From Lenisia limosa (Eukaryota; Protista; Breviatea): a DNA stretch of 64,000 bases. The first letter of the stretch is position 1. Each line of letters begins with the position of its first letter. Below are positions 14,088-28,200 of this stretch, in pieces. The stretch covers positions 62,001-126,000 of the forward strand of contig LPNZ01009878.1 of NCBI GenBank assembly GCA_001655205.1, read 5' to 3'. A program made the translations under genes and the position numbers. Under the pieces are notes generated by a model. It had not been told where the DNA came from and made no database searches. It saw only the letters and a program-made list of their open reading frames with translations.

Positions 14088-17000
14088 ATGACTACGACAG
14101 AGGAAGAGGGTCCATTGACAAAAGTCGAGGGACAGGGTATCCCTCTCTCGGAACTAAAAAACTGGCAAGACAATTCAAACAGTTTCCCAGACTTTGATGA
14201 CTCATTGGACGATGATCCACTTCAGACTGAGTTCCGCTTCCCTTTCAATGAAGAGATTAACCGAAAAATTAGCCTCTGGTGAGTTTTCTTTCCACCTCCT
14301 TCCTCTCTAAGCAGTTTAAATTTGTAAATAATCGTTTAGGGACGGCGATATCACAAAACTCAGCGTCGATGCCATTACCTGCAGTACAAATGAATCCCTG
14401 ACAGATAAACAGAACCTCTCTTCTGCTGTGGGTAATTATATTTGATTCTTTTTTAGAATTCAAATTACTTGTTCTGAAATATGAATGGGTTTTTTGGATA
14501 ATATTTGACATGTGTTAACATATTTTTGTTGGTGTTTCATCTCTTCTGCTCTTCTAATAATCATAAACTGCACAAAGAACGAACTTGACAGAAAACCATT
14601 ACGATATAGATTTTCGAAGCGGCGGGTCCGGACCTTGCAGTGGAGTGCAAGAAGATTGGCGGCTGCAAAACAGGCGAGGCTGTGTCTTCANNNNNNNNNN
14701 NNNNNNNNNNNNNNNNNNNNNNNNNNNNNNNNNNNNNNNNNNNNNNNNNNNNNNNNNNNNNNNNNNNNNNNNNNNNNNNNNNNNNNNNNNNNNNNNNNNN
14801 NNNNNNNNNNNNNNNNNNNAAGGCACTCAGTAGCAGGGAACCCTTGACTATGTAGAAAAGTAATCCACACGGTGGGGCCTCGTTTCAGCGTCAAATATCG
14901 ACTCGCTGCCGAAAACGCTCTCAACTCCTGCTACAGAACATGCCTTCAGGTGGGGGCTTGTTATTTTTCGATGGAAACGTTTCGTCGTATACAACACGGC
15001 ATTATATATATGCTATGTATATAGTATATACTATACGTCATACTATATGATATGCTATGTATTATGATTAAACACTAGGTAAGAAACTCTATTTACTTAT
15101 TCTTAGACGCTTCATGAGGACAAACTCCGAACCATCGCGTTCCTTCCCATCCATTCCGAACTCAGAAGCTATCCTGCTGAAGAAGGATGCCATATTGCCT
15201 TACGTAAGTCTTTTCGGAAGAATGACATTGTGATATGTGTTTGGTTCTCTTTTAGTGACTTCATTTGAGTCATTTTTCACCTTCCTTTGTTCTTCATTTG
15301 TTTTATTACTCTTCTTTGCAACACACACTTCTGTGTTTTAGCCGATTTATGAATGCAAACGGTCCTTTTACAACCAGGAACCATCCGAAGATACATGGAT
15401 GCGCATGGGGAGGACATTGATATGGTTGTTATTGCGTTCAACGGCCCTGTTGAAGAGGAGCTCTATTCAAATGCTGCAAGGTGGGAGGCACTGGAAAGCA
15501 GCATGTTTTTGACACTTCTTTGAGCTCACTAATGCATGACCAGGCTGTACTTCCCCCGAAACTGCGCCCAGGCCCGTATCGCTGAAAAGCATCTCCCGCA
15601 GGACACGGGTAGGAGACCTCCAATCTCTGCATCTTTTTTTATCGTCTTACACTACCATTGAGTTGACTTACCAAATAAGGCAACAGTGAGGGTCGTACTG
15701 TCGTAGAGGAACGAGCAGTTCGCATTGGCATGCCAGAGCAACTAAGAACCAACGAATCGAGTATCAGTGTATGGGGGATTCTTGATGTCGTCGTTCGGGG
15801 GGATATTCTTATTACCACGTGGTGGTGTTGACCGTTTCGATTTTACTGTTCATTGTGTATGTGGTTAAATGCTAGGTTTTTTTTTTTGACTGTACTTTAT
15901 TCTCAGCTAACAGATATACTATGTATATTATAGTATCATATCATATATTAATATGTAAGGCTTCCCTACGGTCCCAAATAGACCGAATTTCTCGATAAAT
16001 CCTCGATAAATATCGATATTTAACCGGTCTTTTTCGGACCGTAGCGAAGTCCTAATCATATGATAACTATAGTATGTGTGTGTATGTATAACGTCCTAAG
16101 ATAACACGCAATTATGAGGGTAACAGCTTTCACGAGTTGACATTTTACCCCCCGCCCCCACCTCCATTTTATTTTGAGGATGTAGGATCCACTGATATTT
16201 GGAACAATGGCCACTTTAGAAGTGACTAATACCTATATTACATGCACACCAAGAAGTTTCCTTATATACTGCCCCCAGGTTGTCTCCAAAGTTGACATCA
16301 AGAGAGCTAGAGCCTTCACCTCTATGCAGCCTGAGAAAGTTCTTGCAGTTTGGAGGGCGGGGTGTATGTATTTGCCTGACATGATGTAATGGTGTAGAAT
16401 GAAGAGGAGAAGCAGAAAGAGAGAGCTGTTGAGCTTGAAGATGACCAATTGGAGGCCGCCATCAGAAGGTGAACTGCCTGCAAGCTTACAACCCCATAGG
16501 ATCTAAAATGATTGCTTTTCTCCTCAAGCTTTTGAATAAATTATTATTCAAAAAATAAAGTTTTCAAATGGATTGATAGTGCTGAAAAGTTTGACAATCC
16601 AGCCAAGCCAAGGAAACAGACCTCTCTGACATGGAGGCACTGAACGTTATTACTAAAGAGGGTCGTGGTGTTGACGGCAGACAAATTGTAGGTTCCAATA
16701 CTCAGATGCTACTTCTGATTTCCCCTGAGTATATTCCCCTGTCTTTCATCCTTATTGTTTTTAGTATGCAGTTTGGATCGCCAGGCTGCCTGCTTCTAAG
16801 ATCAATATGGCGAAGTTCCGTCTTTACTCCATTAACTACTTCATCGCTGCTGGTGTTGAAGAATACTGTGGGGGGAGAGACTGATTTGCATTTAACTGTA
16901 TTATTTTGACTAAGCTTACCGACTTAGCGGTTGTATATGTGCACTCAGCAATGCAAACGTCGAACGAGCCATCAACAGCCTGGCTCAAGGAAACCTACAA

Positions 17001-17549
17001 AATGATGCCTCGAAAGTCTGCACGGTGCTTAAAGTCTTACCCTCTAGACCAAGAAAGCAGCTCCATGAAGTCTTTGTTGTCCACTCTACTTGGTGGTTCC
17101 GAACCGGTTCGTAGCCCTGATTTTTTTGGTGCTAAGTCTGACAATCTAGTGGCTTGGTTCGCGGCTGCGTTCACCTCCAAGAAGTTTTGGGCAAAAGTCA
17201 ATTACGTTGGCAAGTTTGCGGAGGGGGAGCCTGTGCATGAGCTTGATAAATTGTTCGATAGTACCCTACCGAAGTCCTGACCATCTAGGCTCTACGATCT
17301 GTTCTCAAGGATTCCTGGCGATGCCATAGCCATTCCCAACTATGTGGTGGCTCATGATAAGTTTGGGGGTCTTGATTCTGATCGGCGCATCCCGTTGGCC
17401 TCACATTGCAGGTCTCTCCACGGAACATACACTCACATTGCAGGTCTCTTCACGGAACATACACTGCCAAAAATGGCAGCATCGCCCACCCTTCAATCCC
17501 CACAACCGCCGCCCCTGATACTAACGACCGTGTTTACAGCGGCCTTTAG
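14088..17549 (+). CDS. GDAP2: GDAP2-like protein (Macro domain + CRAL-TRIO/BCH domain); interrupted by an N-gap
   Basis: FPFNEEINRKISLW|DGDITKLSVDAITCSTNESL, IFEAAGPDLAVECKKIGGCKTGEA, KVIHTVGPRFSVKYRLAAENALNSCYRTCLQ, YPAEEGCHIALRTIRRYM, LYFPRN, GNSEGRTVVEERAVRIG, then AKETDLSDMEALNVI and VVYVHSAMQTSNEPSTAWLKETYKMMPRK...LHEVFVVHSTWW. The last exon has two possible acceptors (stop at 17549 or 17565). Confidence 0.9.
14691..14819. other. Assembly gap (N run); further gaps at 25964-26050, 31679-31777, 33314-33376 and 56320-56349
   Basis: Runs of N. Four fall within gene spans (GDAP2, SMC5, ADAM-like x2), so exons may be hidden. Confidence 0.99.
17400..17463. repeat. 32 bp x2 duplication of the last GDAP2 3' splice site
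   Basis: ctcacattgcag|gtctct(c/t)cacggaacataca in two adjacent copies. Confidence 0.85.
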
Positions 17550-17893
17550 ATCCCTGCTTGGGTAGGCCTGTTTTGAAATAAAAAATTTGATCAACTTTGT
17601 GTCCAATAATTATTTTCAAAATCTCTCTTCGTCTCCTTTGATCATTTCAGGATGCCTTGGAGGTTCCCTTTGCTCTGCACCATTTTTGTACTTTGTCGAT
17701 TCTACTGATCTAATAAAATGTTTCCAGCTTTTCAAAGTTCTGCTACTTGTTTAACTGAAACCTGAGACATATCTTCATCTTTCAACCAAAAATAAGATAA
17801 CTCTTCCTTGGAGTATCTGGGAGTTGGGGAAGCCTGATGGGTTATGAATAATCTTCAAAGTTACAGCATATAGGCCATAGTGTTTACTTTCCT

Positions 17894-20800
17894 TCAGTTC
17901 ACGGGAGCAAAACTGGACTCTCGCACTTCCGACAGAATCGCTGAGGCGCGCTTCAATGTTTTCAGTGTTTCTTTACAGAGCTGAAGGATAAGGAAAAGGA
18001 GGTGAGCATTGTACCTTTCTCCGAGCAACAACAGCGGGGTCCTCAGCCATGAGTGTGTCAAAGAGGTTGTCTGCAGAGTTAAAATGGACAACATGTGGGA
18101 GCTGAGAGGAGCTTGAAATCATACCTTTATAGAGCTCCGAAAGGAGGGAGTGCTGCAAGTTCTCTTTGAGATGTGTCACAAGGAAGAGCATGATACATTT
18201 AGGGATGGCATCCTAAAAGGTGATACTTTGATTGTTGACAAAGCATCATTTGTTGCGTTAATGAAGGTACATTATATCAATTATAACTATGAGATATCAG
18301 CCTCCATCAAACCTGGACATTTTTCTTCACAATTGCAAAATACGAATCCAGAAGAGTTCCTAAGTTGTAAGGCAAAACTTCAATAAAAAGAACCAGAATC
18401 CATTGTAAAACCTAATAGTTTGAGAATAATATTTCATTGAGTACAAAAATACAAGACAAAAAGATTGGGCATAATGTTAGGAATATATACCGGTACATGA
18501 TTAAATTGACATACTGATAAGAGAGACTTCGACAGTTTCGTTTCCGGAAAGCGTTTCAGGAGCATGTAGAATCGTAGGAACCTGACATTAAGTTCAGATC
18601 AGAGCATTGATTGGCCAAGACAGTCCAAGGAAATCAATCCAAACCTTGTCCATGTTATCGGCTTGAGGTGTGGGAGGTTCTTCCTCCTTGTTCGGTGCCT
18701 TGAATCCAAAGAGGCTCTGGAATATACTGCTTCTACAACATCAAAACAGCGACGCACAAGAGACTATGGTAAAGATAGGAAACCAAACTCACTTGGCTGG
18801 AGAAGTTTGCTTAATCAATTTCGTCTTCTTTTCCTAAAAAGATCAGAGCAGTCAAAGGACCTACACCCTGTTGCTGCTGCTGCATTTCGGCCATAGCTTC
18901 CACTGCGAGCTTCTCCATTGCATCGGCAATAGCCCTGCTTCCTGCACTATTAGCTACCGTATGGGTTTTGTGCATGTTAGTTTAACAACTATGATTCACA
19001 ATCCTCCTTAAATATCTTGAAGACCATTCACACAGAAAGTGATTTCATTTTTTAAAAAATCTCACACTTGCCCGCTCTCATGCAATCAAACAAACACTAT
19101 GGATGAATCCTCAAACCGCCCGTGAAGTCTGGATGATTGGTATTGAAGTAGGTCATTTCCATCAAGATGATGTTACTGATCATTTCAGATGTTGGTTTGA
19201 GCCTGCTATGCAACAATGCACCAGTGACTTCGTGTAACTTCTCACGGAGATTTGTGAACTGTCTCAATTCCTGAAACGTCAAACAGAATATGCCATGTGA
19301 CTAATAGTGAACCCTCAAACAGAATATGCCATGTGACTAATAGTGAACCCTCAAACTGGGGTGTTTGTGTTCTGGCTCAATCTAAGCAACTCCTCAAGGG
19401 CCAGCTCTGCACACTGAAGGGAAGGCTCTTTCAGAAGGGCTATGAGGTAAGGAAATAGGAGGCTTTTCTGTATGGAATTACATTACAACGCAAAGAGAAG
19501 TTCCAAAAAGTGAATTTAAGACGCACCAATCTGTCTTTTGGCGAGAAGCTCAAAGGCAACTTCAGGAACGAAAATGCAGGGCTTCGGACCGGTGGCGTTC
19601 TTGACCGCAGTTCGGATGTCACTGAGGTCAAATTTTGCAAATTGGGTGAGTGTGGTTCAGGCAATAAAGATTATTAGTTATTACAAAGACTTCATATGAA
19701 ATTTTATGCTACGATGCTTACACCGGAATCCCACTTTGTACAAAGACCCTCGAAAGCAGAGATCTTTGCCACTCTCTTGAAGAATAGTTCATTGAAAATG
19801 TAGTTCAGCCTGGCTCCTCCTTGCCTGAAACATCAGCAGAATCCAAAAGGCACGAAAGGTCCCGATACCCACAATTCCTTGGTACTCAGGTCAGGGTTTC
19901 GACCGTCAATGGCATCACGGAAGTCTGACGAGTACTTTGTCAGAATTTGAAGTAACAGTGCCCCCTATCAGGTGAAAACAAGACGAAAGAACTGGCTTCC
20001 CGCCTCTCAACAAACCTTGCCCGATTCTGATTCGAAAAAAGGAGACGCGTAGCTTGACAGCTCAGTCTGAGTTTCGAGAGTCATTCGGTTCACTTTGTCA
20101 CGGACCTCGGGGAGGCAGGACCGAATGTGGTGCATCAGAAGCTGAGCAATGAGTTTTTGATGTGACAAGCCCCTCAAATATTATTGTCATTAACTCGTGG
20201 AATACCTTGGACAAAGTTGACGCCAGGTAATGAGTGCCACATCTCGAGGCAATGTTGCGGTACGCACTGTGGGTACTGAAGAATTCCCTCTCCGATTTTT
20301 GGGCCTAAACGTTTATGATGGAGAAGGTTCAATAAAAAAGAAATCAATCATGTCAACTCTCATACCGCCCGTATGCTTTTGTTGTTGTTAATGTCACATT
20401 GCGACCTATTGACGACACCAATAAAACCAAGTTGCAACGGGACAACTTTTCCAAGAAGAACTTCCAGAGCTGGAGAGTAAAACACGCTACAGGAAAATCT
20501 GTTCAGAATATTTCCTCATGATAAAAAGCTGTAACGAGGAGGAAAATAGGGAAGCATCAGAAAATATGATCAGCATAGTATAATAATCTTGATAGCATCT
20601 CATGGGATGTAATCATTTTAAGAAAAACCCTCACCAGTCTTTATCCATGAGATCAACACCCTCACCATCAGTTCCTTTATCCATGAGATCAACCTTGGTG
20701 AGAACTCCAATCGTTCGCATGCCTAAATGAGTAAGTAGAAGAATCCTTGACAGTATTTTATGATTCACATCCACCATTTTACCAGTGTAAAACCCCCACC

Positions 20801-21895
20801 ATCAGCATCAACCGTCTTGGCAAGCGACAACGCATCACTGTTCGCTATGTCGGTATTGGCAGAGGTAACGGCCAGAATGATGCATTTTGGGTTTGCAATA
20901 AACTTCAAGATCATGCGCGTGATTTGTTTCTCAATATCAGTTGGCTGATCACCCACTGGGACCTATTGATGTGAAAGGGCGTTAAGATTTTCAGAGTAGC
21001 GGTGCTATGATGTCCCATAAACCACAACTTATAACAAGATAAAAGACAAATGTTCAGTTCAATGTGAGTGTGAGTGTGTCAGGGTATTGAGACTAAATTA
21101 CGAAGAGACCCTCACGGCAACTGTCTTTGGCCTACTTTCGTGATTCCTGGTAAATCAACGAGTGTGAGATTCAAGACGAATGGGGAGCGGATTTTCAGAT
21201 AAATGGCCGTGTCGGAGATGCCCTTTGAGGATCCTGAAACGGTTAGTTCTATCGCCGCAACACACGATATGGATGAGATTATATATAAAAAATCAAACAA
21301 ACATTGAACGTAACGACAATACCCTTCCCTCTTGTTTTTATTGCTATACCCTATCTTTCAAGGTAAACGAAAAGGAGTGCTATTATGAGAGAATTAACAA
21401 AAAAAAAACAGTTGAGTTTTATTCGCACCAGCAATCTCAGCTGTTCGATTGTCAATCTCTTTTCTGATTTCTGTAAAATCACGGAACTGCTTGTTTGGAA
21501 GATGCGAAAACTCCCCCCATTCTGTGTCCTCTAAATCCATGAGTTCAGTTCAGTCTGAAGGTGCAATATGGTAAACGGTATAAGCCGTTATGCATAAATT
21601 AACCCCTTTAACCTCCAGGATGTCGTGATTTATCTGTCCATGGCAGGTTAATGAGCTGTAGGACAAGCGGGCAACGCGTAACGATACCGGTTCCTCTAGG
21701 AAGAAAGTCCCTTCCAACAAAAGCTTCCAATACAGATGATTTTCCACTACTTTGAGACCCAACAACGGCAATTTGAGGAAGATCAATAGGTTCACTATTT
21801 AATGTCGAGAAGACCTCCTGTTAAATGAATTATATAGACTTGAAAATCGTATTACCAACCTGAAGCTTGTTAACCACCGGGATTAGAGTCTCCAT
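17894..21895 (-). CDS. DNM1L: Dynamin-related GTPase, DRP1/Dnm1/Vps1 type (GTPase, middle domain, GED; no PH/PRD seen)
   Basis: [15 protein letters not shown]...[151 protein letters not shown]...[16 protein letters not shown]1 versus Vps1 orthology cannot be settled without a tree. Confidence 0.92.
19279..19355. repeat. 36 bp x2 duplication starting at a DRP1 5' splice site
   Basis: Minus strand: exon NTNTP|gtttgagggttcactattagtcacatggcatattct twice, plus a third gtttga. Confidence 0.85.
20628..20695. repeat. Imperfect duplication of a DRP1 exon end plus 5' splice site
   Basis: Minus strand: GTTGATCTCATGGATAAAGGAACTGATG|gtgaggg followed by gttgatctcatggataaagactg gtgaggg. Confidence 0.8.
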
Positions 21896-22253
21896 ACTCC
21901 ACTCTTATTTTTGTGAAAAGATTTACTCCATTAAATACACTCTAACTCTGTGCTTCTTAATCAAGGAGATATAGTTAGCTATTATTATATTCAATATTAT
22001 TATTTAAAATTTTTGTGTTATGCGATATATAAGATCAAATGATCATATAACTGAATGGGAAAACAGGAAAAATGGAAAATCCAGGGAAATTCTCGGGAAA
22101 TTCTTAATAACTTTATATAATCTAATAATAATTAATAATAGTTTAGTTACACATATTAATTTAAAATTTGAAAAAATGTCCAGGAGTGACCGGTGAAGAG
22201 TGCTTCCTGGCTTCCCGCCTTTTTTTCTGTAGACCTTTCTAGAGGTCTTCACA

Positions 22254-25200
22254 ATGTCTCAACTACGGGATGATAATTTTGATGTAAGTTTGGGAGAGAC
22301 TACCCGATTTGCTCTTCTAGAGTTCTAGTTCCACGTTGTCATAACGAAGTATTCACCTCGAGCACTTTTCCTGGAGCTTTACTTTTTTACTCTTTCAGGA
22401 CCCTTCACTGATCGATAATGAGATCAGTGAACAGCAGTGGAAGAGGGGTGCTATCAAGCGTGTCCGTGTGCAGAATTTTATGACCTACGATCAGGCTGAG
22501 ATTGAGATGGGTCCTGGACTTAACTTTGTAAGAGGTTACTTGTATTCACTATTTTGAAAATTTGTCAAGCTAATATTTCAGATTTTGGGTCCCAACGGTA
22601 CAGGTAAATCGTCCCTCGTCTTCACTATTATCATTGCCTGCCTTGGTAAACTCAAAGTTTGTGGCGCGCCTTTCTTCTCTGTTGTGGTTAAGGCTTCACT
22701 TCGGACCATAATATCGATATTTATCAAGAATTTATTGGTATTTATTCATGTTGAACCAAGCACTAGTTGTACGTTGCCCCCTCCTGCTAATAAGCGAAGA
22801 GGCATATAAACAGTTATTATAAAGAGTCACAGTTTAGGACCATGAGAGAGCTGACAGTTTGGGAGGGTTTGTAAAAACGGGCTGTGACGAGGCTTACGTG
22901 GAGCTAACTCTTCATGACGATGAGGCTAAGGTGAGAGTTGTCTTTGATCGCGCTTTCTCCTTTTTCTTTTTTTTCTTTCCCTCTATATTTTCTTCCCTTT
23001 TCCGCTTGAGTATCCTCTTGTGACTTCTTCAAGCATAGTTGCACAGTAATGGGAAGATCCTTCAAAGCCACTGGCGGATCAAGTACATTCTTCATGAACA
23101 GCAAGCATGTCAAAAAAGAACTCTATGTAACACGCCTCGCTGATTATGGGATCAAGGTGAGAGACGGAACTTTCTCTCCCTTTTGGCATCGCAGGATGAT
23201 GACAGTGCATTTATGAATCTAGATTGACAACAAGTTCCAAGCCTTGCCCCAGGAAGAATTGGCTCGAGTGACGCAGTTCACGCCCCCTGAGTTACTCTCT
23301 CATCTCCAAGATCGTGAGGAGAGGACGGTGCTTGGATCGTGAGGAGAGGACTGTGGTTGGAGATCGTGAGGAGAGGACAGTGGTTGGATCGTGAGGAGAG
23401 GACGGTGGTGGGATCGTTTTCTTTCCTAACACAGAAGTGATTGACCCTCAACTTGTTGAAGAACAAAGCACACTAGCTAACTTCCAAGAGTCAATGAATA
23501 GGAAAGCAAAGGTTGGTGACGGCAAAGGTGGTTTTACTCCTTAGGACTTGGCTTCTGAGGAGAAGAACCAGGTGATTCTGACTGACAAATTCACAAAGGT
23601 ACGTTATTGCTTCTCTTTTTCTTTCTTTTCATTCTTTGCCTTCCCCTTTTCATTGTCTCCAGGTTGAGGAAGAATACAATCAGTTCAAAGAATTAGAAGG
23701 CATGAGAGAAAAGGTAGTATTGAGTGAATGAAGTGACTTATTATTTCAGCACCAACAACTTGAAATGAAGAAGCCTTGGCTAGAGTATCACGAAACCACC
23801 AAAACTGAAGCTTTGGTATGCGTTCTTCTTTTCTGTATCAATTTCTATACCTCCCTCCACTCCTTTTTTTAAAATCTTTTAGGCGAAGGAAAAAATGGAA
23901 GAAGCCTTGTCGGAATACCAGGAGAAGCAGAAGCCGCTGGAGCCTTTGAAGAAGAAAAAGCTGTTTGTGCTGTGCATGTCCTTGCGAATTGACCGTGTAG
24001 TGAGGCGAAAAAGGCGTTCGATCGTACGCGGCCGAAGGAAGTCGACCGCAACCAGCCCAATAGTCTGGTTCGCCACTTTGCCAACAGCGTTCGCACCATC
24101 GACCCCAACATTTCGGTATGCATTTCAATGAAAATGCCTCTTCTTACACAAAAGGGTTTCAAAGAGCAAATCGAAGAAGCTGAACGATCTGAGAAAAAGT
24201 AGGCTCTAACTGCCAATTATCAAATGAAATGTGACTTGAATATAGCACACAGTAGAACTATTTTGTTACAATTTCAGGAGAGTAAAGGAGATCGAAAAAG
24301 AGGAGGCGCGACTAGAGACTATCAATATCAAAATCAGGGAGTACCAAATGCCTGATGAGAGTGTCAAGGTTTGGGGAGTGCCCTTCAAATGATAATAGAG
24401 GCTCTTCGTGTCTTGACTTTTTATAGAGGCATTTGGACGAAGAAAAATACAACCTTAACAAGGAATCGGAGGAAATTGTCGCACATATGCGAAGGTTTGA
24501 GCCTGGCCTTGTGACTCCCTCCCTCCCTATCCTTTTCCTCAATGCTGCGTTTCATCGTGATTTCACATAATTCATTTAATGGATATTATATTCTTTGTGG
24601 CTCTGGTCGAATTTTCAATTTCTCATTTCCCTGCAGATGTGATGGTGACATTCGCATTATTCAGAATTCAAAGAGTACCCTCGAGAGAAAGTTGGCCATT
24701 TTTTGTGACCTTTTCCTTTCTAACGTTACAGTATCAAGGAACTCAATAAACACTCCAATTTCCGCGAAGACTCTTTTGTCAGTGCTAAGAGCATCAGAGG
24801 CGCACGTGAAATCGGGACCTGCATCAACGCTATCCGGTAAGCATGGCCTGTCAAGATCTTGGTGAATGAGAGCGATTTTGACTTCGCAGACATGGAGTTA
24901 AGAACGGAGATCTTCAGTTGAGGGGACGCTTCTTTGAACCTTGTGTCCTCTCAGTGGGCCAACACAGATCAATATCTGATATGTATTCACATAGTATTAC
25001 TTTCTATGGTTTTTATGATATTTTTCATAATAAAAAGCATGTTGTCTGACAATAACAACTTATCGGTAGTTTTGTTTCACTTATCGGCCTCGTCTTTGAG
25101 GGAAAGAAGTTGTTTTGATTGTTCCAGATAAATTTGGTGTCAAATGCCCCGAAGCTTGCGGCGTCTTGGCTTGAGCACGCTATTAGTCAGGACATCCAGA

Positions 25201-28200
25201 AGGTTTGCTCACTCCCTTTTAGCCAATTTCACACTTCAGGCAATGTATTTTGAATTTGGTGAAGACTTGAAAACAGTGCAAAACTTTGTCAATAGGAGCG
25301 TCTCCAAGGTAGGGGTGTGACAGGTTTTAACTCATTTCTCTCAAAGATGAATTTCACATAAAAGCTCAACTGCCACCACTATTTTGTGCTGCATCTTTGA
25401 CGTTTTTCAGTCGGTTGCATCTCAAATGGTGTATGTCAGTTATGAAACCGAGAGGGAATATCCCGATCCTGCTGATCGCGCGGAGGTATGATATTAACTG
25501 TTTTCTGTTATCATACATGCCGAATGACTAATTGCATCAGGTTAAAGAATTCGGTGTTCATGGCTTCCTTTCAGACCTCTTTGAGATGGACCCATTCCAC
25601 AAAAAGTGTATTTTAGACAGAACACAGCTCCACAGAATTGTAAGCCTTTTGATTATCCCTTCTCTCAGTCCTAAAATCCAATAATCTTCTTATTCTACGT
25701 GATTCTCTTCCTCACCACCCTATTCCAGGCGTATGGTAATGACATCAAATACCAAGAAATAGGCAAGCTCACAAAAGGAAACATTACTTCAGCGTATTAC
25801 GGCAATAATGATATTGTGACAATGAAAAAGTCCTACTACTCTGGCGAAATGGTGTATTCGACAAAGTTTGAGGGTCGCCATTCTTCATCTCTTTAGAACT
25901 TTGTTATACATTTGCTTACCATATCCAGGACTTTCTTCAAAAAACCGGAAGTCATTACCCCCGNNNNNNNNNNNNNNNNNNNNNNNNNNNNNNNNNNNNN
26001 NNNNNNNNNNNNNNNNNNNNNNNNNNNNNNNNNNNNNNNNNNNNNNNNNNGAATGAAGAGAAGATTCTGGCCTTGCAGCGCCGAATGGATGATGCTGACA
26101 CCAAAATCGCGCATTACAAGGAGTAGGCTCGTGACCTAAGTGCTGACATTGCAGGAAGCAACGCGAAATGAAGGGACGACTCGCAGAAATCAATGACCAC
26201 ATCAACAGAAACAAGGAGGCTGGTGTAGGCTGGCCAGATTCTCTTTGTTGTGTGCTGTTCTGAGCCAGATTTTCTTCCTTGTATGCTGTTCTGATTGCTG
26301 TAGAGAAGTTATCAGCGCCAGATCCATGACCAAAAGAAGTTGTTGGGCCAAAAATGTAGGGGCAGGCTGCACGTGATTATTGTGTTGTGTAAAACTCTTC
26401 TCATATAAAATATTCTAAAATCGGTTTTTTTTGACATAATAGCAACTGCTGAGGAAGTATTGAATACAATTCGCAACCAACCTTCAGCGGAAGAAGAAAT
26501 CCGGAAGGTGGGTCTCTTTATCTCTTTCTATCAAGCTTCCGTTTAAGTCATGTTTGATATCATCCAATGACATTCAAGAATGAGGAGAACATTGCTAAAG
26601 TGTGGGCAAAATACAACGGCAAGCCAGCAGACCTCGTGGTATGTTTACGCGACTGAATGAGGCAATCGCTGACGTTCTAGAGTGCTTTGATTCCTGGTCT
26701 TGAGAAGTACAGCAAGAGACGCACCGGTCTCATTCGGAGAGCTGTCTGCAAAATCGAATATGAGAAGGTCGACTCGCAACTCAAACACCTGGAGGTTGCT
26801 GGGGTGAAAACGGGCTTTTGTGTGTTGCTTTTTATTTTGGTTTTGTTTTTTCAAGGATCTGTTCAATCTTACCATTTGGTGTTGGCTGTTCATATGAAGA
26901 TTGAGACTGACTTTGTAGAATATTATCGCAGAATTCCGTCGCCAGTTCAACATCTGTAAGCCTCCAACAGAACCAAGCCTTGTCCTTGTTGTTAACTGTT
27001 TAGCGAAAGACGCACATGAAGAGGCACATACACAGATGATTAATGCACGCACCGTAGCCAACAACGTAAGAAATGAGCCTGATTGAAGTCGGTTGAATAT
27101 TTATGCCATCAGGTCTGGCCCTACGAAAAGAACGGCGAAAAGGAGATTTATGACTCTGTAAGTGATTTATGGTGTTCTCTGACGTTTTAGCTCCCTGACA
27201 ACCTTGCTGAACTCACCACAACTCTGATTCGTATAGCAGCCCAAATTAACGTAAGTACTGTTTTTCATATTGTTAAACCCTTTACTTTGGTGACCATCCC
27301 AGGCCGTGCACACTGGTCATCGTGATATTAAAGCAGAGTTCGAATATGCGAAGGAGGCACTTGCTGCTTGTGTTCGAAAAATCAAGGAAATCTCAATGAC
27401 GATCACAAACACTGGGGTGAGCGTGATAGTCTTGCCTTTTGTTGAACTGATGATCTCTATTAAAGCAGTTTTTCACCCCTCCCCCTAGGATGACATTGTC
27501 CGCCGTCGTAAGGCTTGGGTCAATGAAGTGGACTCCATCGTGGAGCGTGCCAATGAGAGCTTCAAGGAAGTCGTGAATTACATGGACTTCAGCGCCTACC
27601 TCGAATTCGGTTTGCTACTGCTTCCTTCCTTCCTTCCTTCTTCACTTGCTTGTCATTTTGCCTTGTTTATTCTCCAGACAAGCCCAAGGACTCTGAAAAG
27701 AATGACTTGTTCAATGAGTTCGGCATCAAAATCATGGTTAAGTTCCCGCACCACACTGAGCATCGTGTTTTGAGCAGTAGGCTTCGTGTTGCAACCCTGT
27801 CTTTTTTTAATCAATCACGTCTATTATGGGATGACAAAGATGGGATCATAGCTTGACATTTCAGCGATGGCACAATCTGGAGGAGAAAAAGCGATCTCCG
27901 TTATGTCTTTCCTTCTCGCTCTCCAAACCGTGGCAAAGTGTCCATTTAGATTTATTGATGAAATCGAACAAGGTGGGGTTGTAAAAAAAACTTATTATGA
28001 GTATTACTCCCCACCTTTCCCGTTCAGTTTTTATTTTTTACTTTTCAGGCATGGATAAAAAGAATCACACGATGGTGTGGGAGGCCATCCTCAAAACTAC
28101 CAGGTCGCAGCATTCCCCCCAGGTTTGTTTTAACTTGTAACTCATGCAATAGTACTTCATTCTCACCCCCAAACTGCGTGATGGCTTTAAATACACACGT

